NCBI GenBank assembly: GCA_001770205.1
Contig: MEQL01000061.1
Location: 62,001 to 126,000 of the forward strand
Source: Bdellovibrionales bacterium RIFOXYD12_FULL_39_22
GTDB lineage: Bacteria > Bdellovibrionota > Bacteriovoracia > Bacteriovoracales > Bacteriovoracaceae
DNA length: 64,000 bases
Direction: 5' to 3'
Made by a program: the position numbers and the translations under genes. Below the pieces are notes generated by a model. It was not told the origin of the DNA, searched no databases, and saw nothing but the letters and a program-made list of their open reading frames with translations. Of this stretch, positions 20,916 through 30,090 are shown one piece after another (the stretch's first letter is position 1; every line of letters starts with the position of its first letter).

Positions 20916-21453
20916 GGCATTCTCCTTTGTTTGCTATTTTTTCTCCTGCATGCATAACCGCTTGGGCCACTCCCGAATAACAACCACAACGACAAATGTG
21001 TCCAGAAAGAGCTTCTTTGACTTCTCCAATATTTGGCCGCGGATTTTCCTTAAGCAGTGCTTTCGCGCTCATAACAAACCCGGGAGTACAAAGGCCACAT
21101 TGCAAGGCCGTCCCATATCCGGGCGCACATTGCTGTGCAAATGCCTCTACAACCGGATCATTTTTTTCTAGTCCTTCTATTGTAACTACTTCATGGCCCT
21201 CTGCCTGCACCGCCAACATCATGCACGATAACACCGTTTTTCCATCCATTAAGATCGTACAGGCACCGCAGGCCCCTTCATTGCAAGCTACTTTGAGTCC
21301 GGTAAATCCCAATTTTTCTCGCAAAAAATATGATAGCGTCATTGTAGGATTAATTTCACAGGAAGAATCCGTTCCCAGTGAAAACTCTCGCCAATTCCCA
21401 TTTATTTTTATTCGCACACTATTTCTATTTTGACTGGATAACTTTTTTGCCAT
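20908..21453 (-). CDS. Xanthine dehydrogenase family 2x[2Fe-2S] subunit
   Basis: CNEGACGAC...C and QCGLCTPG...CRC; ATG 21453 preferred (ORF track starts at 21510). Confidence 0.93.
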   Translation of the reverse strand: MAKKLSSQNRNSVRIKINGNWREFSLGTDSSCEINPTMTLSYFLREKLGFTGLKVACNEGACGACTILMDGKTVLSCMMLAVQAEGHEVVTIEGLEKNDPVVEAFAQQCAPGYGTALQCGLCTPGFVMSAKALLKENPRPNIGEVKEALSGHICRCGCYSGVAQAVMHAGEKIANKGECHE

Positions 21454-21567
21454 GATAATTTCCCTGATAATTTTTTTGTTGATAAATTGTCGTACCGTTT
21501 TAATCCGCATGTCAAGGTTATGAGAAATTAAATGCGTAGGTCCTGTTTTGAAAAGACAAATAACAGA

Positions 21568-23277
21568 CTATGCAATCTGTACAACAGTAATCGGCTTATA
21601 TCCCAAAATGTTGTTGGCAAACTTACGAATAGCAATTCGCAACGTTTCTTCTAAGGCCGCTATTTCTTCTTCTGATCCTGCGATTGAAGCAGAGATCAAA
21701 TCATCTTTAATTTTATAGGCCATTTCTCGAATATTTTCTTGATAGGTGTTAAACATTTCGGGCAGGCCTAAAAATTTAATTTTGGCAAAGCTCGCATTAT
21801 TTAAATTCTCTCTGCCTTTGCCGTTATTGTTCTTGTTTTTACTGTTGCTATTTCTATTACTATTGCTTAATTTTGCGACACTAATTGCCAAGACAATCAG
21901 CCCTGACTCTGCAATTTTTCGCTTCTGAGAGATGGCAGATGATTCTATTTCAAGATCATTACCATGAATAATAGTTAGTTTGGGGCCAACATTTCTTTCT
22001 ATGTTAACTTCTAATTTCTCTGTTAATGACAATTCATCAAATGCCCGCAGACCGATCGCGGAGATATTCATTTGCAAAGAGTCAATAAACTCTAAATGTC
22101 TTTTAATAAAATAGTGTGTCCCATGCACTGGGATAGCATGAGTGGGTTGAAATGCCCCATACAACTGTCGCAACTCTTCTTTGGATGGGTGGCCAGTTGA
22201 GTGGATTTCATATTCATTAGCGGTGTAGATAAAACATCCTGCCTGACAAATTTCATCTACGATGGCATTAACCTTACTCTCATTTCCTGGAATGGCCCGC
22301 GAGCTAAAAATAAAAGTATCACTTGGACACATTGTAAACGTTGAGTCATTCCCACTAGTCACTCGTTTAAGGGCCCCTTTAAAATCTCCCTGACAGCCAG
22401 AGGCGAAGATAACAAGATTTTTTGCGGTGGGATCTTTCAATTCGTCAATTTTAGTAAGATGGTAAGATGTGTCCAGTAGCTTTAATTCTTGGGCCGCTTC
22501 GATATAACTTATTACGGATCTCCCATGTGGCACGACTCGTTTTTTTTGCGCTTTAGCTATTGATAAAATTGTCTTGATTCGTGCAATATTGGAGGGAAAG
22601 GCGGTAATAAATATCCGGCCAGGGGCCTGAGCAAAAATCTTCTCCAAATTTGGCACTATTTCAGCTTCCGTTGGCCCTCGTTTATCCATCAAAATATTGG
22701 TGCTATCTGCAAAAAGTAACCGTACTTTAAACTTAGCAACTAACGAGGAAATATTATCGAGATTAAATTTCTGGCCGAAATAATTGGCCGGATCTGTTTT
22801 AAAGTCTGAAACATATAGCAAACAGTATGAATTTTTCTGATCGAAGACAAAAAGGCCAAAGGAATCAGGAATAGAATGATTTACGCGAATTGGCCTAATT
22901 GCTAGTTTTCCAATATTAATATCTACCATTTCTGAGTAACTAGAGATGGTTCCCTTCAATTTTTTTTCATGTAGTTTGCGCTGAATAAGACTTTGTGCAA
23001 AAGGTGGAGCATAAACCAGAAGCTGCGGAAATTTTTTTATTACCATGTGAATAGCACCGATATGATCTTCGTGTGCATGAGTGACAATTAGTGCATCAAT
23101 CCGCTCAATTGATGAAAGATCGGGAAGTAGGAAATCCACCCCAAAGACATCTTCTCGAGGAAAGAGCATTCCGGCATCAATTAAAACTACCGTCTCGCAA
23201 GTTGTGAGCAAGAACATATTGGCGCCAATTTCACCGATGCCGCCCAGGGGTTTTATTGTAATCAGATTTTTATCCAT
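21568..23277 (-). CDS. rnj: Ribonuclease J
   Basis: PLGGIGEIGAN, THAHEDHIG, HSIPDS, IPGNE, HSTGH, PVHG; ATG 23277 preferred. Confidence 0.92.
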   Translation of the reverse strand: MDKNLITIKPLGGIGEIGANMFLLTTCETVVLIDAGMLFPREDVFGVDFLLPDLSSIERIDALIVTHAHEDHIGAIHMVIKKFPQLLVYAPPFAQSLIQRKLHEKKLKGTISSYSEMVDINIGKLAIRPIRVNHSIPDSFGLFVFDQKNSYCLLYVSDFKTDPANYFGQKFNLDNISSLVAKFKVRLLFADSTNILMDKRGPTEAEIVPNLEKIFAQAPGRIFITAFPSNIARIKTILSIAKAQKKRVVPHGRSVISYIEAAQELKLLDTSYHLTKIDELKDPTAKNLVIFASGCQGDFKGALKRVTSGNDSTFTMCPSDTFIFSSRAIPGNESKVNAIVDEICQAGCFIYTANEYEIHSTGHPSKEELRQLYGAFQPTHAIPVHGTHYFIKRHLEFIDSLQMNISAIGLRAFDELSLTEKLEVNIERNVGPKLTIIHGNDLEIESSAISQKRKIAESGLIVLAISVAKLSNSNRNSNSKNKNNNGKGRENLNNASFAKIKFLGLPEMFNTYQENIREMAYKIKDDLISASIAGSEEEIAALEETLRIAIRKFANNILGYKPITVVQIA

Positions 23278-23342
23278 CTTTCCTGCCAATTTAAATATTT
23301 TTCTACCAATCTGAGATAGAGTATAGTAGATCGTCTCTGATT

Positions 23343-24329
23343 ATGAAAGACGAGATCTTCTACACAATTGTTGTTTCTAAAATGGCCGCCGATATTACTG
23401 CGGCAAAAAAGATGGCAAAACTGACCGAATTGGCCATGCAGAAGTTTGGTTGTAATGGCGTTGAAGAATTTTCACTAGATGAAGTTTCTATCGATAATAT
23501 TATTGGCGCCGACGCCTATGCGAAGGATGTTCTTCCGGCCAATGTTGTTGAGCGAATTGTAGAAAGCGAAAAGTACAACAGTAGCGCAGTAAAGTTTTTC
23601 TTCTATGGTACCGATTGTGAGCACAATGTCGAAAAGTTTAGAAAATATTTGCTGCAAAAAAACTTTTTTTTTCAAGAAATATCTACTCTCTCTTCCGATT
23701 GGAATGCTGAATGGAAAAAACACTACTCGCCAATTAAAATTTCCGACACTCTTTTCATCATTCCTGAATGGGAAAAAAGCAACTATCCATCTTCGGGCCA
23801 TATTTTCATCAATCCGGGGCAGGGTTTCGGCACCGGAAATCATGAAACAACTCACCTCTGCTTACAACTTTTAGATGAACTTTTTCTGCCAAAAAACCCC
23901 ATGGTTTTGGATTTTGGTTGTGGCTCTGGAATTTTAGGCATTGCAGCGATTAAACTTAAAGCGGCACTCGTAGATTTTTGCGATATTGATCGCCAGGCCC
24001 TAGACAACTGCAAAGAAAACATTGCTCTTAATTTTGAACTAAGTACGCTTAGCGGCTCTTCCATTGTTATTCGCCCTCGCTTAAATTTAGGGAAAAAATA
24101 TACATTGGTTTTTGCCAATTTACTTTATCCCATAATTCGCGAGGAGCAAAAAATTTTGGCCTCTTTCGTGGCCGGTGGGGGATATTTAATGCTTTCAGGA
24201 ATTTTAAATGAGCAAGTCGATGACACGCTGGCCCTTTTTTCTACTTCCGACTTTAAACTAATAACACATCGAAAGCGACAAGATTGGTCGGCACTCCTTT
24301 TACAGAAAACAGGAGCAGTAGTTTTATGA
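23343..24329 (+). CDS. prmA: Ribosomal protein L11 methyltransferase
   Basis: DWNAEWKK, INPGQGFGTGNHETT, LDFGCGSGIL, LSGIL. Confidence 0.93.
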   Translation: MKDEIFYTIVVSKMAADITAAKKMAKLTELAMQKFGCNGVEEFSLDEVSIDNIIGADAYAKDVLPANVVERIVESEKYNSSAVKFFFYGTDCEHNVEKFRKYLLQKNFFFQEISTLSSDWNAEWKKHYSPIKISDTLFIIPEWEKSNYPSSGHIFINPGQGFGTGNHETTHLCLQLLDELFLPKNPMVLDFGCGSGILGIAAIKLKAALVDFCDIDRQALDNCKENIALNFELSTLSGSSIVIRPRLNLGKKYTLVFANLLYPIIREEQKILASFVAGGGYLMLSGILNEQVDDTLALFSTSDFKLITHRKRQDWSALLLQKTGAVVL

Positions 24330-25057
24330 GAAGCGTCTATCTTCCCCAGCTTTGTCCGGAAGGGGAGAGCGTTATTATTACCGAGCGAGAACAACTGCAT
24401 CATCTTTCTACGGTAGTTCGTTTGCGGCCTTGTGAGAAAATTTTGGCACTAAATGGTGCTGGCCTAAAAGTTTTTTGCACGGCAACTAGTATTGAAAAAA
24501 ATGCCATAACCCTAACTATAAACTCTCATGAGGTCGTAGCACCTTTGTCTCAATTAGATCTGCTGCTTGCCCCACCTAAGCGGCCAGCTTTAGAAGAGAT
24601 TGTTCGCCAATCTACAGAACTAGGGATCGGAAATATTTTTCTTCTTCAATCTCAATTTGCTCAAGAGGTTGAAATTGGAGAAGGAAAAAGTCGTTTTTTA
24701 AAAATTATAGAGAGCGCCATGATCCAATCTAATAATCCCTTTTTTACTAAATTCGAGCAAACTATCCCTTTTGCCGACCTAGAGATATTTCTTAAGCAGG
24801 CAAAGTATGAAAAAATTTTTTACTTTACTTCTCTTGCTTCGACCGCGGCCTTTCCCTCTCCTGCGCTACCTTTAACCAAAAAAGATAAAACTCTTTTTAT
24901 TATTGGCCCCGAGGGGGGATTTTCCACCGAGGAGGAGAGCTACTTTTCTAACAATCCTCAGATTTCAAAACATCATTTAAATAGTTACATTTTGAAGGCC
25001 CAAACAGCAGTTGTAGCGGCAGCAGGATTTCTATTGGGATCACAATCTAATGAATAA
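24326..25057 (+). CDS. rsmE: 16S rRNA m3U1498 methyltransferase
   Basis: HHLSTVVRL, TELG, IGPEGGF, ILKAQTA; ATGA overlap with the prmA stop. Confidence 0.9.
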   Translation: MRSVYLPQLCPEGESVIITEREQLHHLSTVVRLRPCEKILALNGAGLKVFCTATSIEKNAITLTINSHEVVAPLSQLDLLLAPPKRPALEEIVRQSTELGIGNIFLLQSQFAQEVEIGEGKSRFLKIIESAMIQSNNPFFTKFEQTIPFADLEIFLKQAKYEKIFYFTSLASTAAFPSPALPLTKKDKTLFIIGPEGGFSTEEESYFSNNPQISKHHLNSYILKAQTAVVAAAGFLLGSQSNE

Positions 25058-25154
25058 AAATGTTTTTGCTCTTTCTAACTTTTAGAAAATTTGAAAACAG
25101 CAAAAACAAATTATAATTTGCTTTTATCCTGCGAATGCTTTATTTTTTTCTTAT

Positions 25155-25985
25155 ATGGAAAATAATGAATTTTTTAATGCCACAAATACCTCTTCTATTA
25201 AAACAACCATGCCCATTAACTTCCCGGCCGACGAAATCGACTTGGATGATATTTCTTTTATGCCGATGACCGATGGCCTGGGCTTTCATAATGATCCCCA
25301 TAAAAACTTTTCTAAGGCCCAACTAAAGTCTTCAAAAAGTGTAAAATCTTCTGCCGCCATATCCAGGGGAAATATTCCACAAGTTCCCATTGCTACTTTT
25401 GATCCACAAATTCAGCAAAATAGCCTGCGTAATTTTTATGACTTTAACCAAAAAGACACTGTTGGCGAAAAGCAGCGTGAGCGTGACCATGCTCGGATTG
25501 TTCATGCCCAGAGCATCACTAGCGCCAAGGCTCGTGAAACTAAATTGGCAAATATGAAAATCAAATATATTAATCAACCACTGGCCTGGATCGTTGATGT
25601 CCTGATAATTGCCCTGGCCGTAGTCACTACTTTTTTCTTTTTCTGGCTAGCAGCAGATATCCAACTTTCTGCTCTCGGCAAAATTATTGCGGCCCAAGAG
25701 ATTTTAATTTTTTCGGTGGCGATGTTTGTACTTTATTATCTCATTTATTTTTCAATTCTTGAACTGTCTGCTACTCCTGGTAAGGCACTTTTAAAAATTC
25801 GCCTGGCCAAAACAGATACTCAAGACCTGGCCATTAAAAATAGTGCAACTCGTGCAGTAATTACGCTACTATCATTTTTAGTCGGCGGCCTTCCTCTCTT
25901 TATGGATTTTCAAGGAAAACTATCTGACACCTGCGTAGAAAAAAAACTTCCAGAAAATAGCGAGGATAATGGCAAAAATGTTTGA
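25155..25985 (+). CDS. RDD family membrane protein
   Basis: AWIVD...TPGKALLKIRL...KLSDT pattern after a low-complexity N-terminus. Confidence 0.75.
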   Translation: MENNEFFNATNTSSIKTTMPINFPADEIDLDDISFMPMTDGLGFHNDPHKNFSKAQLKSSKSVKSSAAISRGNIPQVPIATFDPQIQQNSLRNFYDFNQKDTVGEKQRERDHARIVHAQSITSAKARETKLANMKIKYINQPLAWIVDVLIIALAVVTTFFFFWLAADIQLSALGKIIAAQEILIFSVAMFVLYYLIYFSILELSATPGKALLKIRLAKTDTQDLAIKNSATRAVITLLSFLVGGLPLFMDFQGKLSDTCVEKKLPENSEDNGKNV

Positions 25986-26445
25986 ACTCTCTGCCGCCGC
26001 CCAAACCTTTCTTTCTGCCGCCAGATCTCAAAAGAAAAAAATTGTTTTCACCAATGGCTGTTTTGACATTTTACACGCCGGACACATTCAATATTTAAAC
26101 GAAGCTCGCTCTCTAGGCGATCTGCTTTTTGTTGGTTTAAATGCAGATATTAGCGTTAAAAAACTCAAAGGAGATGGCCGGCCAATTAACGGAGAGGCGG
26201 AGCGTAAGTTCGTTTTAGAAAATTTAAAGGCAGTAAGTTTTGTGGAAATTTTCACTGAGGAAACGCCCCTTTCTCTGATTGAAATAGTTAGACCGAATAT
26301 ATTAGTTAAGGGTGGAGATTGGAAAGTTGAGCAGATTGTTGGCCATCAAATTGTTTTAAACAGTGGGGGAGAAGTAAAAAGTCTCTCTTTTGTTGAAGGA
26401 TTTTCCACCACCAACACTATCGCTAAAATTATACGTAAATCCTAG
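25969..26445 (+). CDS. rfaE2: D-glycero-beta-D-manno-heptose 1-phosphate adenylyltransferase
   Basis: VFTNGCFDILHAGH, VGLN, LVKGGD, STT. Confidence 0.93.
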   Translation: MAKMFELSAAAQTFLSAARSQKKKIVFTNGCFDILHAGHIQYLNEARSLGDLLFVGLNADISVKKLKGDGRPINGEAERKFVLENLKAVSFVEIFTEETPLSLIEIVRPNILVKGGDWKVEQIVGHQIVLNSGGEVKSLSFVEGFSTTNTIAKIIRKS

Positions 26446-26545
26446 GTTATTTTAACGCTCTATAAAATCAGATAATTATAAATTAGTTGACCGTTTTGGT
26501 CGGGCTAAATCATTGAAAAAACTGGGTTTTTTCCGCAAAAAGCAC

Positions 26546-26572
26546 TTAAGTATTCTTTTAAAACGACGAAAG
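26546..26572 (+). promoter_or_regulatory. Putative sigma28 (FliA) promoter of flagellin 1
   Basis: TTAAG-N14-GACGAAAG; same CTYAAGTAT start and spacing as upstream of the other two flagellins. Confidence 0.5.
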
Positions 26573-26712
26573 GTTGGGTGAAAGAAGCAAGCTTGGCAAC
26601 CTGCAAAAAGCAAGCGGCCACAGAGTGCTTCTCTTGGGGAATACACCGAAATAAACATGGTTGTTTATTTCATAATAACTACACGGATGACTTTTTTATT
26701 CGAGGAGTTTTT

Positions 26713-27546
26713 ATGGGATTGACAATCAACACTAACATTCCTTCTTTGTCTTCACAAAGAAACCTGACAAAAGTAACACAGGAAAAAGACAACGCCATGG
26801 AGCGACTAGCTTCTGGTGTGCGCATCAATCGCGCTGCCGATGATGCGGCCGGCCTTGCTATTTCTGAGAAATTGAAGGCCAATATTAGAGGCGGTATCCA
26901 GGCAAAGCGAAATGCTGGCGACGGTATCTCTCTAATTCAAACAGCAGAAGGTGGATTAGGAGAAGTTTCTAATATCTTAATCAGATTAAGAGAACTATCT
27001 ATCCAGGCCGCTTCAGATACTGTTTCTGATAATGAGCGCGGATTTACCAATCTAGAGTATCAGAACTTAACTGAAGAAATTGATCGAATTTCACAATCAA
27101 CAAACTACAACGGCAGAACTCTACTAAATGGAGAAGGTGAGACCCTAGAGTTCCAAGTTGGAATTTTAAATAGCGAAGCAAATGACCGTTTAAAATATTC
27201 ACCGCAAAATAGCAACGTAACCACATCCGCACTGGGAATTGGTGGTTCCACCGTCTCTACAAAAGTAGATGCTCAAGGTAATTTGGAAAAAATTGATAGC
27301 GCAATAAATGTAGTAAACGCTAGCCGAGCAGGACTAGGTGCTCTTCAAAACAGGTTGACCTCAACCATCTCTAACTTGGATGTTAAAGTAGAAAATCTTT
27401 CTGCTGCAAACTCTCGAATTAGAGATACTGATATTGCCGCCGAGACCTCCGAGCTTGCTAAAGGTAACATTTTAAGCAGCTCGGCCACTGCAGTATTGGC
27501 GCAGGCAAATATGTCTCAAAGTGGGGCATTAAAACTGATCGGATAG
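26713..27546 (+). CDS. fliC: Flagellin (277 aa)
   Basis: INTN, RLASG.RINRAADDAAG, QNRL, SRIRDTD; RBS GAGGAG before ATG 26713, which gives the same length as the paralogs. Confidence 0.96.
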   Translation: MGLTINTNIPSLSSQRNLTKVTQEKDNAMERLASGVRINRAADDAAGLAISEKLKANIRGGIQAKRNAGDGISLIQTAEGGLGEVSNILIRLRELSIQAASDTVSDNERGFTNLEYQNLTEEIDRISQSTNYNGRTLLNGEGETLEFQVGILNSEANDRLKYSPQNSNVTTSALGIGGSTVSTKVDAQGNLEKIDSAINVVNASRAGLGALQNRLTSTISNLDVKVENLSAANSRIRDTDIAAETSELAKGNILSSSATAVLAQANMSQSGALKLIG

Positions 27547-27750
27547 TCCGAGCGGTAGATGGTAGATAAGTTTTAATCTGGGCCTACCTCGAATGGGCAC
27601 AGTTTAGAATATGTGAAAGTATGTACGAATTGTTGGTAGTTGGGAGTGTATTTAGGTAGAGCGTTCAAGATTTTGGACTCTCTACCACCCCTCCAACCAA
27701 TTGATAATATTGTGATTTTGTATTTTTGTTGATGTGTTTGAATTTTTTAC

Positions 27751-27777
27751 TCAAGTATTTTAGGCAAACTCCGAAGC
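27751..27777 (+). promoter_or_regulatory. Putative sigma28 (FliA) promoter of flagellin 2
   Basis: TCAAG-N14-TCCGAAGC. Confidence 0.55.
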
Positions 27778-27835
27778 GTGCAGTACTGGAGCTTTATAGT
27801 CCAGTTTTTTACTAACGCGAATTAAGGAGTGTGCC

Positions 27836-28669
27836 ATGGGCCTTAGAATTTTGACCAATGTTGCCGCAGAGGCGGTAATGAAGAATTTAAGGGAGAGCTC
27901 AGAGAATACCAGTGCCGAGCTCGAAAGATTATCCTCCGGAAAAAGAATCATTCAGGCATCTGACGATGCGGCAGGTCTGGCCATCGCCACCAATCTTCAC
28001 GCTCAAACATCAGGACTAAAACAGGCAACTCGAAATGCCAATGACGGTATCTCTTTTGTTCAAACCGCCGAGGGCGGACTAAACGAAGTCTCCAACATAT
28101 TAATCCGACTAAGAGAACTGGCAATCCAATCGGCATCCGATACTGTCGGCGCTCAGGAGCGAGGATTTTTGGATGAAGAGTATCAACAACTCACCACCGA
28201 AATTGATCGCATCTCGGGCTCCACCAAATTTAACGGAACAACACTACTAGATGGAAAAGGTGGTGGGGTGTTAGATTTTCATATTGGCGCCTTCTCAGAA
28301 AAAAATAACACTATTCAATTTGACTCTCGCGAAGCGGATGTTTCCACTGCCGCTATTGGAATTTCTGGAACGGCGGTTAACGCCAAAGGCCAAGCACTCG
28401 ATGCTGTCAACAATCTAGATGATGCAATCAATACAGTAAGTGGATATCGCGCCAAGCTTGGTGCAATTCAAAATAGATTGCAGTCAACTGTTTCAACTCT
28501 AGAAACACAAACACTCAATCAAGATGCCGCACGCTCTACCATTGAGGATGTTGATGTTGCAGACTCCACTGCAAAATTGGCCTCTGCACGAATCATCAAT
28601 GCTGCAGGCGTTTCCACTTTAGCACAGGCAAACGCAATTCCCAGTTCAGCACTCAAGTTGATTGGCTAA
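27836..28669 (+). CDS. fliC: Flagellin (277 aa)
   Basis: Flagellin N- and C-terminal motifs; RBS AAGGAG. Confidence 0.96.
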   Translation: MGLRILTNVAAEAVMKNLRESSENTSAELERLSSGKRIIQASDDAAGLAIATNLHAQTSGLKQATRNANDGISFVQTAEGGLNEVSNILIRLRELAIQSASDTVGAQERGFLDEEYQQLTTEIDRISGSTKFNGTTLLDGKGGGVLDFHIGAFSEKNNTIQFDSREADVSTAAIGISGTAVNAKGQALDAVNNLDDAINTVSGYRAKLGAIQNRLQSTVSTLETQTLNQDAARSTIEDVDVADSTAKLASARIINAAGVSTLAQANAIPSSALKLIG

Positions 28670-28966
28670 CGTTGCTCATTGGCAAATTGTTAATTTAAAA
28701 ATTGTAAGAACTTTTATAAATTCTTGGCCACTATAAGAGGAGGGAGGTATGGCGCAACTTGTGCGTATGGATTCTTCTTAATTTTTTCATTGATAAAATC
28801 ATTTTTTATCTTATTTTATTTTATCTTACTTTGTTTTTTATCTCTGCCATTGATCTTTGCTGGTGGCATTAATAGTTGACTAGAAAAATAAGAAAAAAAA
28901 TGATGTGTAACTAATTAAATTATTTTGGTTTTTGCATTTTTTTCTTAATCTCACAGACAAAAACCC

Positions 28967-28993
28967 TCAAGTATTTTTCGACTGCTCCGATAG
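28967..28993 (+). promoter_or_regulatory. Putative sigma28 (FliA) promoter of flagellin 3
   Basis: TCAAG-N14-TCCGATAG, close to the FliA -10 consensus GCCGATAA. Confidence 0.65.
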
Positions 28994-29068
28994 GTTAAGC
29001 AACCGAGCAAATGAGTCGGGAAATGGAAAGCGGTTCATAACGAATCGCTCTTAACAAGGGGTTTAGGT

Positions 29069-29902
29069 ATGGGCTTAAGAATTTCAACGAACATCGCTTC
29101 TTTAGCGGTTCAAAGGAACCTAAAAGAAACAACCGGAGCTGCACAAGATCAATTAGAAAAACTATCTTCAGGAAAGAGGATTACTAAAGCAGCTGATGAT
29201 GCTGCCGGATTGGCCATTGGGACAAACCTTCGGGCACAAACCAGAGGTATTAATCAGGCCGCACGAAATGCTAACGACGGTATTTCTCTAATCCAAACTG
29301 CTGAGGGTGGACTGAGCGAAACCTCTAACATCTTAATCAGATTAAGAGAGCTTTCTGTTCAAGCGGCCTCAGATACTGTTGGTGCTCAAGAGAGACAACT
29401 TCTCGATAATGAGTATCAACAACTAACTACAGAAATTAATCGAATTTCACAATCTACTGTTTTCAACGGAACTTCTCTTTTAGATGGAAAGGGTGGTGGA
29501 TCATTGGACTTCCAAGTTGGCGCTTTCGCTGGAGAGCAAAACATTATCCGTTTTGACACGGGCGGAACTGATGCTTCGGCGGCCTCCATTGGGGTTGAAG
29601 GATCGTCTATCACTGAAAAAAGCAGTGCACTTAGTTCAATTGCTAGTGTAGACAGCGCCCTGAACTCCATAAGCGGATTCCGTGCAAAACTAGGCTCAAT
29701 CCAAACTAGATTGAAATCGACAGTAAATAACCTAGAGACGCAAGCACTCAATCAAGAGGCTGCGCGCTCAGTCATTGAAGATGTGGACGTTGCTCAAGCA
29801 ACCGCCAAGTTGGCCTCTGCCAGCATCATCAACAGTGCCGGCGTAACAACTCTAGCACAAGCTAATGCAATTCCAAATAATGCGCTACGATTGATTAACT
29901 AG
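29069..29902 (+). CDS. fliC: Flagellin (277 aa)
   Basis: KLSSGKRITKAADDAAG, QTAEGGL and flagellin C-terminal motifs. Confidence 0.96.
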   Translation: MGLRISTNIASLAVQRNLKETTGAAQDQLEKLSSGKRITKAADDAAGLAIGTNLRAQTRGINQAARNANDGISLIQTAEGGLSETSNILIRLRELSVQAASDTVGAQERQLLDNEYQQLTTEINRISQSTVFNGTSLLDGKGGGSLDFQVGAFAGEQNIIRFDTGGTDASAASIGVEGSSITEKSSALSSIASVDSALNSISGFRAKLGSIQTRLKSTVNNLETQALNQEAARSVIEDVDVAQATAKLASASIINSAGVTTLAQANAIPNNALRLIN

Positions 29903-30015
29903 AATGACTATAAGTAAAAGTAATTTGATACGAAGGCCAGAGAGCGAATATCTCCCTGGCCAATGAAAGATGATAAAATATTTTAAAAGATTTGAGAGGT
30001 AAATTCTTCTCAAAC

Positions 30016-30066
30016 TTAAGCCCAGCCCTCCTGATAATAGTGTCGGGAGGGTGGCTTAAATTTTTT
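30016..30066 (+). terminator. Intrinsic terminator after flagellin 3
   Basis: TTAAGCC..CCCTCCTGATA/TGTCGGGAGGG.GGCTTAA stem followed by a T-tract. Confidence 0.65.
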
Positions 30067-30090
30067 GCTTTCCCCAGGCGGTAATCGCAA

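Noticed and set aside
26578..26712. 45-aa N-terminal extension of flagellin 1 in the ORF track
   Set aside because: RBS and ATG at 26713 give 277 aa like the paralogs; the upstream part looks like a structured UTR
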